The notes beneath the pieces are model-generated. The model was not told the origin of the DNA. It did no database searches and saw only the letters and a program-made list of their open reading frames with translations. Below are positions 38,201-51,639 of a DNA stretch of 64,000 nt, piece after piece. The position numbers and the translations under genes are program-made. The stretch covers positions 38,965,830 to 39,029,829 of the forward strand of contig NC_081365.1 in NCBI RefSeq assembly GCF_030684315.1. Reading direction: 5' to 3'. The stretch's first letter is position 1. Every line of letters starts with the position of its first letter. The stretch is from Stegostoma tigrinum (lineage: Eukaryota).

Positions 38201-38951
38201 AATGTTTGCTGATTGAAGGTCAAGAAGAAATTAATGACAGTGTGGACAAAACATGCATCTTTCTCCACTCACGCCACCCTATCCCACATTTATGTTTCCC
38301 CAAATTACTGAATTCAAGACCAATAGACTCAGTCTTGCTTCAACTTTGGAATTTACCCAAAGACACTGATAACAGGCAGTAAAAAAACACAACTTCTATC
38401 CATGACAATATACTCTTATCTCCATCTTCATCCAAGGAGCCTGGATTTTGTTTCGTCCATATTTGTAGGAATGTATGCAGTCTGTATTCAACACTTTGTC
38501 ACTAGAATGACTCCCCTATTATTCTGATGTAGCATTTCCATCAACCTTAGGTTAATTTTGCTGGAAAGATCCCAAGTCATTTCACTGAAGGTAGCCCTCT
38601 TTCACTTTATAATGTTTTTCTTACTCTTCTAAACCTTGTAGTTTCAGGATCAAATTTAGTCAAGTATTGCACCACATGCACTTTGTCCATTTAGGCTGAT
38701 TCATTCCCCTGCACCAAATCCAGTATTGCTTTGTTCCAAATTGGATAGGCAACAAACTAGTCAATGATATGCTCCTGAACATTTCTTTTCATTTTGCTCT
38801 AACTTTATCAGTTTGACATTTGAATGAATAAACTTCCCCTAATTATCACTATTAGTTCATGCATATCTACTAGAAGTCTGTAGAAAGTTTCCAGGAATGG
38901 GAGCATACCTTTTTAGCTTCTCAACTCAAACCAAATAGATTCTGTCCTTGT

Positions 38952-39166
38952 TAATAAAATGTGAGGCTGGATGAACACAGCAGGCCAAGCAGCATCTCAG
39001 GAGCACAAAAGCTGACGTTTCGGGCCTAGACCCTCTCTCTGATGAAGGGTCTAGGCCCAAAACGTCAGCTTCTGTGCTCCTGAGATGCTGCTTGGCCTGC
39101 TGTGTTCATCCAGCCTCACATTTTATTATCTTGGATTCTCCAGCATCTGCAGTTCCCATTATCACT
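38952..39166. mobile_element. Palindromic pLTR-derived element (family A), 14-bp TSD
   Basis: Inverted arms with a hammerhead-like core at 39039-39066; GATTCTGTCCTTGT at 38938-38951 and 39167-39180. Confidence 0.85.
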
Positions 39167-40279
39167 GATTCTGTCCTTGTGCCTTCAAGGAAATCTTCTG
39201 TTTCCAATTCTGAGATGTCTTCCTGAATCAGTAACATTGCTTTGACTCCCTTTCGTATATTTTTGAACACTGCATTCTCGAATTTTATGCACATAGTCCT
39301 CAAAGATTTTAAGCTGTGTTTGTTATTGCCATTACATCTAATTCTCACACAGTTGTACTTATAGTTCATCATCATTATTGACTAAAATTTATCTTTTTAT
39401 GTAATTACTTTCAAAATGTCATGGTATTCCTGGCAGTCCTTCTTAGTCATCTCCGATTCAAGATGGCAGCACATCATTCTCAATGAATGTACTTGTCTTG
39501 TTTTACCACTTGTGCATGCTGCTACCCATTTCCCCATGAATTTAATGTAAACCTACCACAACCACTATCATGTGTTTCTCTGAGAACATGGATCCAGGTA
39601 TTTGTGAAGTATGAGCTGAAACCTATTGAATAGATTCTAATATATACCCTGTGGCAGATGTTACGTCAACAGGCTGTAATCTCCTTCTTTCTTTCTCCTT
39701 CCTTTCTTGCCAGAGAAGCTTTGTTGACTATTTTTCCAATCTGTTCAGATCTTTCCAAAATCCAGCAAATTTTACATACTTACAATCAATGCTTTGATTA
39801 TTTCATCAGCCACTTCTCAGAGCCTAACATTAGGTCTTAGGGACTTTTAAGCTTTCAGTTCTAATTGTTTCCCCAGTACCTTTTCCCTAGTGAACATAAT
39901 GTCATTTAATCAATTGCATAATTGTCCTAAGTTCTTGCCTGTACTTCAGTTCCTGGTTTTCAAATATAACTGAGATGCTACTGTGTCTTCTACATTGAGG
40001 ACACACATAAAATGTTGTTTCACACCTCCAATCATTTTGTTAGTTCCCATTAATTCCCCGTTCTCTCCATTCCAGTGGAACAATGCTCACTTTCCTCTTT
40101 TCCTTTTCACATTCTGATAGAAAGTCTTACAATTTTTTCTATTTCTACTTAGCTTTCTCTTATATTCTAATTTCTCCAACATATTTTAATCATTCTTTGT
40201 TTTAAAATTCTGTTTCATCTGACACTAAAAAATCATAAGCTGCCCTTTCAGAACAAGTGGATTTGAGAATATGAGTCAA

Positions 40280-40875
40280 GACATTTTGCTGCAATTACTC
40301 AGTGCCTTGGTGAGGTCCCACCTTGAGTATTGTGTGCAGTTTGGCCTCCTAGTCTGAGGAAAGACATTCTTGCTTGTGAAAGAGTCCAGTGAAGGTTCAA
40401 AAGGCTGATTCCCGGGATGGCAGGAATGACATATAAAGGAACGTGCTTCGACTGGGCTTGTACTCACTGGAATTTAGAAGAATGAGGAGGGAGGATCTCA
40501 TAGAAATATACATAATCATGATGGGACTGAACGGGCTAGATGTAGGAAGAATGTTTCTGATATCATAAAAGTCCAGAACTAAGGGTCATAGTATAAGAGT
40601 AAGTTGTAAACCATTCAGGACTGAGATGAGGAAGAATTTCTTCACTCAGACAGTTGGGAATCTGAGGAATTTCCTATCATAGAAAGCTGTTGGGGCCAGT
40701 TCATTAGATATATTCAAGAGATAGCTGGACATGACCATCGTGACTAATAGGCTCAAAGGGTATGGAGAGAAAGCAGGAATGGGATACTGGAATTACATGA
40801 TCAGCCATGATCATATTGAATGGTGGTGCAGACTCAAAAAGCCAAATGTTTATTCCCGCACTTATTTTCTATTTA
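40280..40875 (+). mobile_element. CR1 3' fragment
   Basis: [13 protein letters not shown]-like region and CR1 3' end. Confidence 0.75.
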
Positions 40876-43800
40876 TTTTTACAAGACATGGGAGCAGAAG
40901 TAGGCTATTCATCTCGATGAATCTGTTCTGCCATTCAATGACATCACGACTGGTCTGGTAATCCTCAAATCTACTTTCTTACCTTTTTGCTGTAACCCTC
41001 AATTCCTTTGCTAATTAAAAATCTGTCTACCACCAGCTTGAATTTATTTAACAACACATTCTTGACATCCTTCTGTGACAAATAATCCTACAGCTTCACT
41101 CCCATCTGGGAGAAGAAATTCATCCTCATCTCTGACTTAACTGTGTGATCCTTTTGGCCTCCTGATCCTAGACTTTCTCACAACCTTTTTATGCCTACCC
41201 TATCAAGTTCCCTCAGAATCTTATATTTTTAAATAAAGTCAATTTTTATTCATCTTTATTCCAATGAGTAATGGTCCAAATTATTGAGCCTTGCTTCGTA
41301 AGGCAATTCTTCCATAGCACAATTGGTATTAGTCTGGTGGACATTCTCTGAACTACCTCATGTGTTTGTACATCTGAGATAAGGGACCCAAAACTGCTCA
41401 TAATATTTCCTATGTGGTCTGATGTGTGCCTTGTTTAGTTTTACCAAAACCTTTCTACTTTTATTCCTCATCCCCTTTAAAATAGAGGCCAAAATTCCAT
41501 CTGCCTTCCCTATTACCTGCTAACCTTGAGTGGTAGCTATCTCTGATTCATGGGCATGGACTCTCAAAACCTCTGTTGCATAGCTTTCTACAGTTTTTGT
41601 CCATTTAAATATCTCTTCTATTCTTCCTGCCAAAGTGGATAATGTTGCATTTCCTCACATTATATTCCATTAGCCAACTTTTCACCTACTCACCTAACCT
41701 GCCTAAAACCTTCTGCAGGCTTTTTGTGTCATCCTCGCCACTCTCCTTCCCATCTATATTTGCATCATCAGCGAACTTGACTATAGTACATTCACTTTCC
41801 ACAATCAGATCGCTAATAGATATTGTAAATGATTCTGGACTTACCATTAATCTTTGCAGAAGTGTGCACTTTTTCTTTCAATTTAATATTATCTTAAACT
41901 TCCTTAGCTATTCACAGATTGTGCATTCTTCTCCTAGATCCTCTCTCACTGGAGTGTATCTTTGCTGATAATGACAAAATATCCCATTAAATGCCTGTGA
42001 CCTCACCGCTACTGTCCTATTATATAACATAATCTCCCAATTCACTTCATTGCCTTCATACCCTTGTAATGACCTTTAGTTAAGTTTCAAACATTAGTCT
42101 TCGACCCACTTTTCTCATCCTCTAAATGAAGGGAAAATTTGATCATGCTCTGACCTTGGCTTCCTGGAGCCTTCCTCACAATGAGAACATTAGTCGGTCT
42201 TGTCATTGCACCTTATGAGTTTTGGAATGACATCTCTCTCTGGCTGACTCTAGAATACACAGCCCTTAGAATTTGTCCTGAGAAGATTGCTTGAACTGAT
42301 ATTTCATGCAACTTTTGCCAATTTCTGTAATTTTAATCATCTTTGATTGATCTCTTTATCCAGATTAAACTCTGTCTGCCATTCCTCCACTCACATCTGC
42401 GACTGATCTATATCCCACTGTATCTTTTGATAACCCTCTACACTTTCCAAAACATCATCAATCTTTGTATCGTCAGCAAACTTACTAACCCACCATCTGC
42501 ATTTTCATCCAAGTCATTTATACATATCACAAACAGCGGAGGTTCCAGTATAGATCCCTGAGGAACACCACTAGTCACGCAGCTCCAGCCTGAAAAACAC
42601 CCTTATACCACTACCTCCTTTGTTCTAAGAGCAAGCCAATTCTGAATTTATGTGGCCAGGTCATCATGGATCTATGCACCTTAATCTTCTGGATGAACCT
42701 ACCATTAGAGACTTTGTTGAAAGCCTCACTAAAGCCTTCTCCTCTCCCTTGCATTTACTATATCTCCTTGTCTTCCCAATCCCCACTGTTTGGCTCCACT
42801 GCTCTAGTTAGACAACTCACCACTTGTAACAGTCTTTGTGCTGACTAACAGCTTGAAAGAGGCACAAACACTGATGATTCCTGTACTTTCTGTTATTTCC
42901 AACTCTTCCAGATGGCTAACTACCTGCTATCCTGAATTCTTACAGCCTGTGGAACATGACTTTTTCTAATGATTATTTTTGTTTGAATTATTTCATGCAA
43001 CACCTACGCATTGTTTTCAATGCAATATATTTAGTTCAGCCATAAAAGAAACTTGTATTTTATCCAGTTTCTTTTTCCATTGTTCAGTTTACAGCACTGA
43101 CTCTTAACGATTCAAAGACAAAATGGCACAACTAGATGCAATAAGGATACGACTTTGCAGGCCAAGGACATAATAATTAGAAAAAACCTTCAAATTGCAA
43201 TGGAAGTATGAATCAAACAGTTAGTAATACTTAATTGTAAAAGAATTGTTACACAATACTCAATAATCTTAAATTCAGGCCTTCAGATATATTAGTTGAA
43301 CTACATATTAAATCAGAAATATACTTATTCTGTCACTTGAATGTTTGAATTGAGTTCTTTGTGAGAAATGTATGATTAGAACACCATTAAGGGCCAATGC
43401 TAAATTACTTCAATTTGTGTAATGAGAATGTTACATGCATTATCCCATTTCTACCAAAATTTCCCAAAGAAGTGTAGCAGTTATGTAACAGTTGAAGGAC
43501 TAACTCCATGGCATCATCAAGTATATCATAACGGTTATATTATTCAGATATTGTTTTGTCATTGCCTGAAGGGAAGTCACACCTCATTGTGTCAGCATAT
43601 TGAATTGCGTTACTGAGACAAATTATGACTTTTCATTGAAAAACATCCTTTAATTTTATGGTCTTACAATATTTTCACTTTGCACTGAATAACCATACAG
43701 GTACTTAGAACTAACTTTAAAGCCAAAGATATTCTGCTGTATTTATATTCTCAAAATCCTTCATGATGAGTACCACTTTTACCACTGCCACTCAGGAGTA

Positions 43801-46800
43801 AGCAAATTATCCATGTACACGTGAATGCAGAAAACCAAGGCACTGCCATCCCTTTACTGAAATCACGCCTCCATTTCTACTGCAGTTACACAGGCTTAAA
43901 GTCGGCATTGTAACCTGAGCTCCCTATTCAAATTATTAGGAATGTCAAACTTAATTTAAAATGAATCTCCATTATTCTCTTTCCCAAACCCTCATCCAAT
44001 GCGTTTTTTGAACTACAGCTGTACTGTTACCAAAGGTACCTTTGAAAATAATTTGTATTATTTTTGATTTTCAACGCAGAAGCGACAGTTATTCATGTTC
44101 CAAGTTGACAGTTATTATTATAAACTGCCAGCTGTGGCTCAAAAAGAAGACAAACTAGTTCACCAAACATGGGCATTGTCAGCACAATTGTATCTAACTT
44201 GAAAGTTGGAATTGAAGACTGTCCAGACCGACATTGTTGAAAATAAATTTTATGCCTTCACATCATCTTCTGTAAATTCTAAAACGCCCTTGTTGCTGTC
44301 TGTTTGCAGTTGATGGATAATGCTATAGATTGTGATAACAAGCCTCTTCTTACCCCATACATTCAGACATCTTAACTGCATGAGCGGGTGACATTTTTAG
44401 GACAATCGTTTAACTCATTTTCTGTTAATCAGCCTTTTCATAGTGTTTTGGCCTGGCAGCATAAAATAGCAAATTTTTTAGCAAGATTGGTTTCAAACTG
44501 CAGAGTCTGAGACATTGAGGCAGCCGGCAAAAGGAAATAATTTGCTACAGCCATATCAAAATATTCTGTACGTCCTCCATTCCAAACTGCTAATCCCAAT
44601 AAAGGCAGTGTAGGCATGCTCTCATGAGAGAGATATGACTGGGGGTAGATTAATCTGAGGGGTCACCATGCCTCATATGAAAGGTGAGATTGAGGAGAGG
44701 GGATTTCCCACTGTCCTCAGCCTGTTTGGGAATCGAATCCAAGCTGTTGGTGTTACTCTGTACTAGAGACCTGCCAACTGAGCTAAACAACTCCAATTCC
44801 GCACAGACTACCGCCGTTCAAAAGGACGTCTCAACAGCACCTTCTCAAGGGGAAATGTGGATGAACAGCAGACGCTGGTCTAACCCACAATGTCCATGTC
44901 CAAACTTACTTCATAATGTGCCTTTCCAATCCCACATACAATTAAACAAAATCTAGAAAATCTGTGGAGGTTGGACATCAGAAACAAAAATAAAATTGCT
45001 GGAGAAGCTCAGCAGGTCTGGCAGCATTTGTGGAGAGAAATCAGCGTTAACATTATTGGACCCTTTTTCAGAACTCATCCAACACATTTGTCTAAATACA
45101 GTTGTACTGTTACCCATGCTGCCCTTTTCAAAATGATTTGCATTATTTTAGTTTTCAGTGCATACACGATAACTAGCAATGTGACAAACTGACAATTATT
45201 ATTATAAACTGCCAGTTGTGGTTCAAAAAGAAATATTAAACTAGTTCACCGATATTGGAGATTGATCTTCTAATTTGAAAGTTGCAATTGGAGGCTGTCA
45301 GGACCAATATTGTTGAAGGACAGAACTAGAATCAGATGCTTAATTTTCTAATTCTTTTTTAGATCCAACCATGAGCTGAATAACTGATAAAAGGTTTTAG
45401 AAGTTTCTGAAAGTCACATGTACAGGTGTGTTTATTTAATGGCTCCTACCAACAAAGTCACTTTTGACAAGTAAGCTGCATTTGATTCCAGCATCAGCTA
45501 TCTCTGAGATGTTTACATTTGCATTTTGGTGAAAAGGTATTTGGAGCATGTCTGATTGATGCTTCACGAAACACAAAGGCCACATTTCTTACTAAGCAGT
45601 TACATCCTCAGTGATATTGTAAGGGTATTCCTTAATGTGAAATGCCAATTGTTTTTGTTTATGAATGTTAATTGCTTCAGTTACAGAAGTTCCTGGATTT
45701 GGAAAGAGAATAGGTTGGTGGAATGTTTATTTAATTTGATTTTCTTAATGTGGTTCAGTGTCACATTTTGACTGATAATACTTTTGGGAAGTGCCTTAAG
45801 ATAGTTTAGTGAAATAAAAGTGCTGGATAAATATTGCTGCAAATAAATCTCACGCCCTAACCCTTCACATCCATCTTCTGTAATTTCTAAATCACCATAG
45901 TTGATGTTTATTTGTAAGTGATTGATAGAGCTACAGATTGTTAGCGCAAGCCACTTGGGGCCAACGCAGTCTAGCACCTTAAATTCATGATGAGTGACAT
46001 ACATTTAGGACCAACGTTTATCTGTTTTTTTCGTTGGTCAGCTTTTTTAAAGATCAGTTGATCCGCAACCTATATTTATTTCAGAATCCTCTCCGATCCC
46101 CCTTTTTTCATGAAGGGTCGAGGACCGAAACGTCAGCTTTTGTGCTCCTAAGATGCTGCTGGGCCTGCTGTGTTCATCCAGCTCCACACTTTGTTATCTT
46201 GGATTCTCCAGCATCTGCAGTTCTCAATATCCACATTCCAGACAGATGAGGCTACTCAAGCGCACATCTTCCTACCACCTTCTCAAGGGGAAATGTGGAT
46301 GAGCAGCAGACGCTGGTCTAACCCGCAATGTCCACGTCCTAAAAATGTATTAAAACCCCAGAAAAGGCTGCAAATAATGGGCAGCATCTGCGGGGAGGGA
46401 GACCGCGGACCTTTCCAATTGTCTCCTTGGTGTTGTGAATGAAAGGTCACCACCTGAAATGTTTGACTCGCTTTCCAGAGATACGACCTAACCCGTGTTA
46501 CCAGCATTTTCTGCTTTCAGTTCAGATTGCCAACATTTTGGTTCTGGAGTGCTGTGTCCCGCCGTCTGCTGAGGATTGGCTCTCAGCCGCTTTCAAAGCT
46601 GCCGGTGGGTAATCGCCCCATCTGTACGTTTCCAATGTGTCCCCTCGCTGTTTCTTTGGCAATCCTTGTTTTAAAAGCGATGATAATGACCAGGGAATTT
46701 TTTTTCCGCTGTCGGCCTCTCTATCTCTCTCTCTCTTTCAAAGACATAAAGTTTGGGAATTCGGGATATAATCTTATTTACCTGAGCTTTAATGAGCAGG

Positions 46801-47816
46801 GATAGGAGCGAGGCAAAGGCGCTTGTCTGACGCGATGGATTGAATTGAATGGAGATGGTCGTTTCTTTTCCCTGCAGTTACATTCCTGCATCTAAAATGC
46901 CAACCGGACTTTGGTAATGAGACAATGTAGCTCGTGTTTTTTGGGATTTATAGACTGTCTAGTGTGTACCCGGCCAGTGATAGTGGTGTAACAGGAGCTT
47001 TGAACGCTGTCTGTACACAGCTAGAACAGAGCGAAGCGGCGGAAGGAATGTAAATATATCGACCACAGAGCACACCAGGTTCACTCGATTCTCGGCTGGT
47101 ACACGCAGTGAGAAATCTGCCAACCGGTTAATGGTATGTGGCTAGAACGGGAATTATAAATGGGAGCACAGGAGCAGACCATTCGGCTCACTGCTGGTGT
47201 CGCGATGAGAGTTTGACAGAACATTCCCACTCCATTCCCCTCTTTGCTTCTGCAATGTTTTTCTCTGGAAATGCCTAGATTGAAGTCATAGTCACTCGGC
47301 CTCAGCAATGCATCGGTCCTGCTGTGCCATTTAGAACTGCTGACATTTGCTACAAAGTTGTTAATTACCCCTCTGTTTCGTGCCGTTTAAACGCTGCCCA
47401 TTCTGATTCCTTTTCTCTTCTTCCTGAAGCCGGAATTGCTCTTTAGTCAATGGTCACATTTTACCGAGCCGCCTCGTGTGGAAGCAGGGAGCGACTCCGT
47501 CTGGATGTGCTGGAGATAAACCAGCTCTGAGACCGCTCGGGGTAAGAACAGGGGGTTGAAACTGGCTACCGCTTGCGTTCCGTTTTAATATTTCTCCAGG
47601 TTATTCCCTGCTCTAACAGAGTGGCAGAAGCGAATCCCACCTGTTTGACACAATTAAACTGTGTGAAAACAAATGTTGGAAGTTGATTCCGGGTCAGTTC
47701 CTTTGTTTGAGATTTCCGACTGCGGCTCCCAACGAGTTGATTGCTTTTGAGACAACAAGGTGTCGAGCTGGATGAACACAGCAGGCCAAGCAGCATCAAA
47801 GGAGCAGGAAAGCTGA

Positions 47817-50521
47817 TTTTGGAACACTCCGGGAAGTGCCTTTTCTGAGTCCTTACATCGCTCGCCGATGTTTGTGTATTCTCTAGCATCACCACGGACC
47901 AAGGACCAGGTGATACTGGTGTTATATGAGGCTGGTTGTTATCGTCATTATCAGCGGGGCCCTACTGATGTTATTGGCTTTGTAAGGATTATGTGGACCT
48001 GCTTCTGTCTCGGTGGAGGACCTTACCTCACCGTTTGCGGTTTTTGCTCACTTGTCACTGAAGAGTTGTAAAAGTTAGAGTGTCAGTGACAGAGCGAGTC
48101 TTGATGTCTTTTGGGCGAAAGTATCGTATCTCTCGATGCCGAGGAATTTCATGAGGCGGTTATTCACATCCAGCCACTTGCCTCGTGCGCCCATCACAAA
48201 GCCAAAGTATCTGGGCACCACGCCTCCCGTCAATTCCATGACCTCGGCATTCAGGTGTTTATACTTTTCCTGTTTCTCTCGCCATGCTGTTTCCAGTGCT
48301 TTACTGTCATTCTCGTACCGCACTGTGACATCTACAACCGCGATCTTCTGGTCTTTTCTAAATTTGAGATCGGGTTTCCATAGGGAGCCGTTTTCGTCAA
48401 ACAGTCTGGGCTCCACGTACGATGTCCAGCCCTACTTACTGACATGTTTCTGCAACTGGTCAGCGATCTTGTTATGGCGTTTTATCCGAGCATTTTTTAT
48501 GAATGGGCAGCATCCTGAGATGTGTGATATGGTTTCGTTTGCCATCTCACACCTTCGGCATAATTTGTTTCGGTTTGGCCTACCTCTAGATAATGTGGTT
48601 CTTGTCGGGTATAGATTACACCACAAGAGCACGCTGTTAATAAATCTAGAGGATTTTTGCTGTACTCCGGCCTTTGTCCAAGATTTAGAGATTTTGTCGT
48701 CTCTAAAGTACTGGATGCCTGCCCCTTGACATTCCAGCTTTTGCCATTTTTCGAATTCCCACTCTCTCCAGCCTGCATACCTATTGGGTGGTTTTGGTCG
48801 TCCCGCGTTTGCCTTTTCGAGTGCCGGCATCATGCCTTGGATGGTGGTCATCAGGTCGATTTTCCCCTCGCCACTGCTGCAGCTACTGGGTTGGAAATTT
48901 TCAATTTCCTTGAGGACCTTGAGCTCGCGCAGTCCCGCAACGGTCTCTGTGTTGCTCTCTCCTTTATATTGAAAGGAGGCCCAAATGGCCACATCACTGG
49001 ACATGTCTAGTGCCTCGCGTTTGCAAACAATCGTGGATGGGATTTGCACTTCTAGTTTTGGGACGCCTAGACCGCCGTTCTTGTTGCTAGCGTATAGCAT
49101 TCCGTCTGCTGTATGAGGTGGTAGGTGTAGGAATTCTTTGGTGGCGTTGCGGATTATCTGGTCCAGCTTTATGAGAGTAACCTGTGATGCTTCTGTCAGG
49201 ATCAGATGGAAGTACAATCCGGGGATGACATGTGCTTTTAGGATCACCAGCCGTTGTCGTGGTCGGAGAGATGCTGCCTGTATTCCCTTAACCCAGGACT
49301 TAAGCTTCTCCTCCCACTCCCCTTCTGCCACACCTGCCCATGGATTGATGCGGGCACCCAGGTATTTCTCTGTGTCACCTGGGGGTATGTAGGCTATGGA
49401 TTCGTCCCTCAGATTTCAGTTTGCGAAGTGATTGTACAAGAAGTTTTCCTTTTAAACGTGAAGTGGAATCCCTTCGTCTTCGCTGTGTTTATACTGAGGC
49501 CTGTATGGTCACAGTATGCCTGGAGTAGCTTCAGGTTCCTAGCCATACCGGTGTGTGAGTCACTTAGAAGGGCGATGTTATCCACGAAGGCCAAAGTCGA
49601 GCAGTTGACTCTTCTGCTGCCCAGGGGCATGGAGACCCCTGAGTTGGCCCTCTCCAGAGAGCACACCAATGGATCCAAAGCAATGTTAAATAGTATTGGT
49701 GAGAGTGGGTCGCCCTGCTTTACGCCCCTCTCAATGGTTATTGGGGTGGTAAAGTTTCTGTTCCCTCCCACCACTGTTGTGTTGCCAGTGTATAGGTCTT
49801 CAATGAGACTTACAAAGGCTTTGGGTAGTTTCATTCTTTGCAGAGATTTGATAAATAGTTTGTGCCCAACCGAGTCGAATGCTTTCGCTAGATCGACAAA
49901 GACAACTGCGAGGTCCTTATGATTGTATTTTGCTCCCTTGATGATATTTTCGAGGTCAACAATGTTTTCATTGCATCTGGGAGTGGCTGCTAGAAAACCC
50001 TTTTGCCTGGGGTTTATTTCGACTGTTTCACTTAGGCATTTTGCCATTATTTTCATGAATAGCCGGAGCAGCATTGGACCGATGGTTATTGGTCGCCAGT
50101 TATCAGTGCTTTTCAAGCGTTCCTTATCCTCACACTTAGGAATCAGGACCGTTCGACTCTTTTTTAGTGAATCGGGGATCGTGCTTGACTTTAGCCATGA
50201 GGAGAGGAGGCGGGGTAGACGAGTTTCCTCCTGCTCATGGAGTGTTCTTATGTCCTGCAGTTTCAGGCCGTCTGGTCCAGCGGCACTGTTCTCATCTATC
50301 CCCTTGATGGCCGCTTCAACCTCCTCTACCTCTATGGTTTTCATCAAGGACCCGTCATCGACTTTGCCAGTGTATGGCGCACACTTATTTATGTTCGATT
50401 TCTTGTTTGGTGCTGACAGTTTCTCACGGAAATGTCTCCAATTCCTCTTTTGAGAGAGGACAAGTGGATGAGGTCAGCGCCCCCATGATCTCGCGAGCTA
50501 GTTGACGCCGGTTGGATTTGT
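47817..50521 (-). mobile_element. 5'-truncated R2-clade non-LTR retrotransposon (RT + CCHC + restriction-like endonuclease), disrupted ORF
   Basis: WRPITI, INPRQKGF, FVDLAKAFDSV, GVKQGDPLSPILFN, LAFVDN (for FADD), GGLG, CRRC...ETISHISGCC, RHNKI, KPDL, VVDVTVRYE, GARGKW; 3' UTR of about 260 bp ending AAAA. Junctions were defined against the uninterrupted paralog. Confidence 0.92.
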
Positions 50522-51582
50522 AGGGTCAGTGATCCGCAGCCGGGAGGTCAGGTTGTAGCTGCTGTCACTGTTTACTGTCAGCGAGCCCGGCTCCTCCTGA
50601 TACGAGACATCCCCCTCAACAATCCAGGAAATGTTCAGATCTCTCGGAGAGAATCCTGCGGCCAAACAAGTCAGTGTCTGAATCCCAACATCTCCATTCT
50701 CGGGATCCGCAGTCAGAGAGATTTCAGGTTTCGCTAAATAAACACATCAAAACATCACACTTCATTGTAGCCAATAGAAATATACAGGTAACAAGGAGAG
50801 GGGCGATTAAAATTGTGTGCAACTTTGATACTCAACGGGACAGTGCAGGACCAATTTGATAAATGGTACACCGAGTTCCAAATGACCGACACCAGGAAAA
50901 ATATAACCCTTTATGAAAAATGTGAACCAGAATGAGATCCCGTGATCCAAAATCAGTTTCGTTCCGACACAACCTCGGGTTGTGTTTCTTTATTGCAGTA
51001 TATTCCAGGAAATGATAAATAAAAATAAACATTTTCCCCAAAATTAGTTTTGTTTAATTTCGTAGTTGACTTTGTTGGGTTTCGGATTACAGAGCTTTGT
51101 CTTTTGGCGTTTTTCTTCAGACTATGTTTTGAAAAGATAACAAAGTGTGAAGCTGGATGAACACAGCAGGCCAAGAAGCATCTTAGGAGCACAAAAGCTG
51201 ACTTTTCGGGCCTAGACCCTTTGAAAAGGATCTGGACTGAGAGGATCTAATAGAAAAGGAGGTGGTGAGTGGTTACCGTCAGATTAAAGCTATCTCGGGC
51301 AAACCATCTGATCCCACAGAACATCCCAGTCTGGTTTATATCACTGTGTTACTGGGCAGTATTTCTATTTCTTTCTCTCGCTTGTTGAGCTATTTTGCTC
51401 TCCCTTAATATAGCCAAAGAAAGTTCACTGCACAGAACGAGGCGATTTGGCCCATCGCATCCATTCTGAGCCAGAGCAACTCGGATGGTTAAACCATTTA
51501 TCCACAAGCATCTGACCCGTGACTTCTTTCTCCTTCCAGAACCAGCCCTTCCTGCTGAATATTTCTGATTTTTAACAATTAC

Positions 51583-51639
51583 CTTGGACATTTAATGTTG
51601 TTCCATTTCCCAGGTAGTAATTCCAGCGCCAAGGTTTCT
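51583..51639 (-). other. Orphan FG-loop+J-like segment (E)[18 protein letters not shown](G), possible 57-nt phase 1-1 cassette exon
   Basis: The minus strand reads TGTCCATTTCTCCCTTCATAG|AGAAACCTTGGCGCTGGAATTACTACCTGGGAAATGGAACAACATTAAATGTCCAAG|GTAATT, homologous to the 3' end of the V exon. Confidence 0.75.

Noticed and set aside
43071-43187. Arg within the paralog TM region (GLQSRILI) suggesting an activating paired receptor
   Set aside because: That reading needs a frameshift; the spliced frame hits TAA immediately, the donor GT is lost, and the ITIM tail is retained.
50490-50733. Possible C1-R2 fusion protein or secreted isoform
   Set aside because: The C1 frame reads only TNPTGVN then TAG into R2, out of frame with the R2 ORF, and the upstream V exon is already disrupted.
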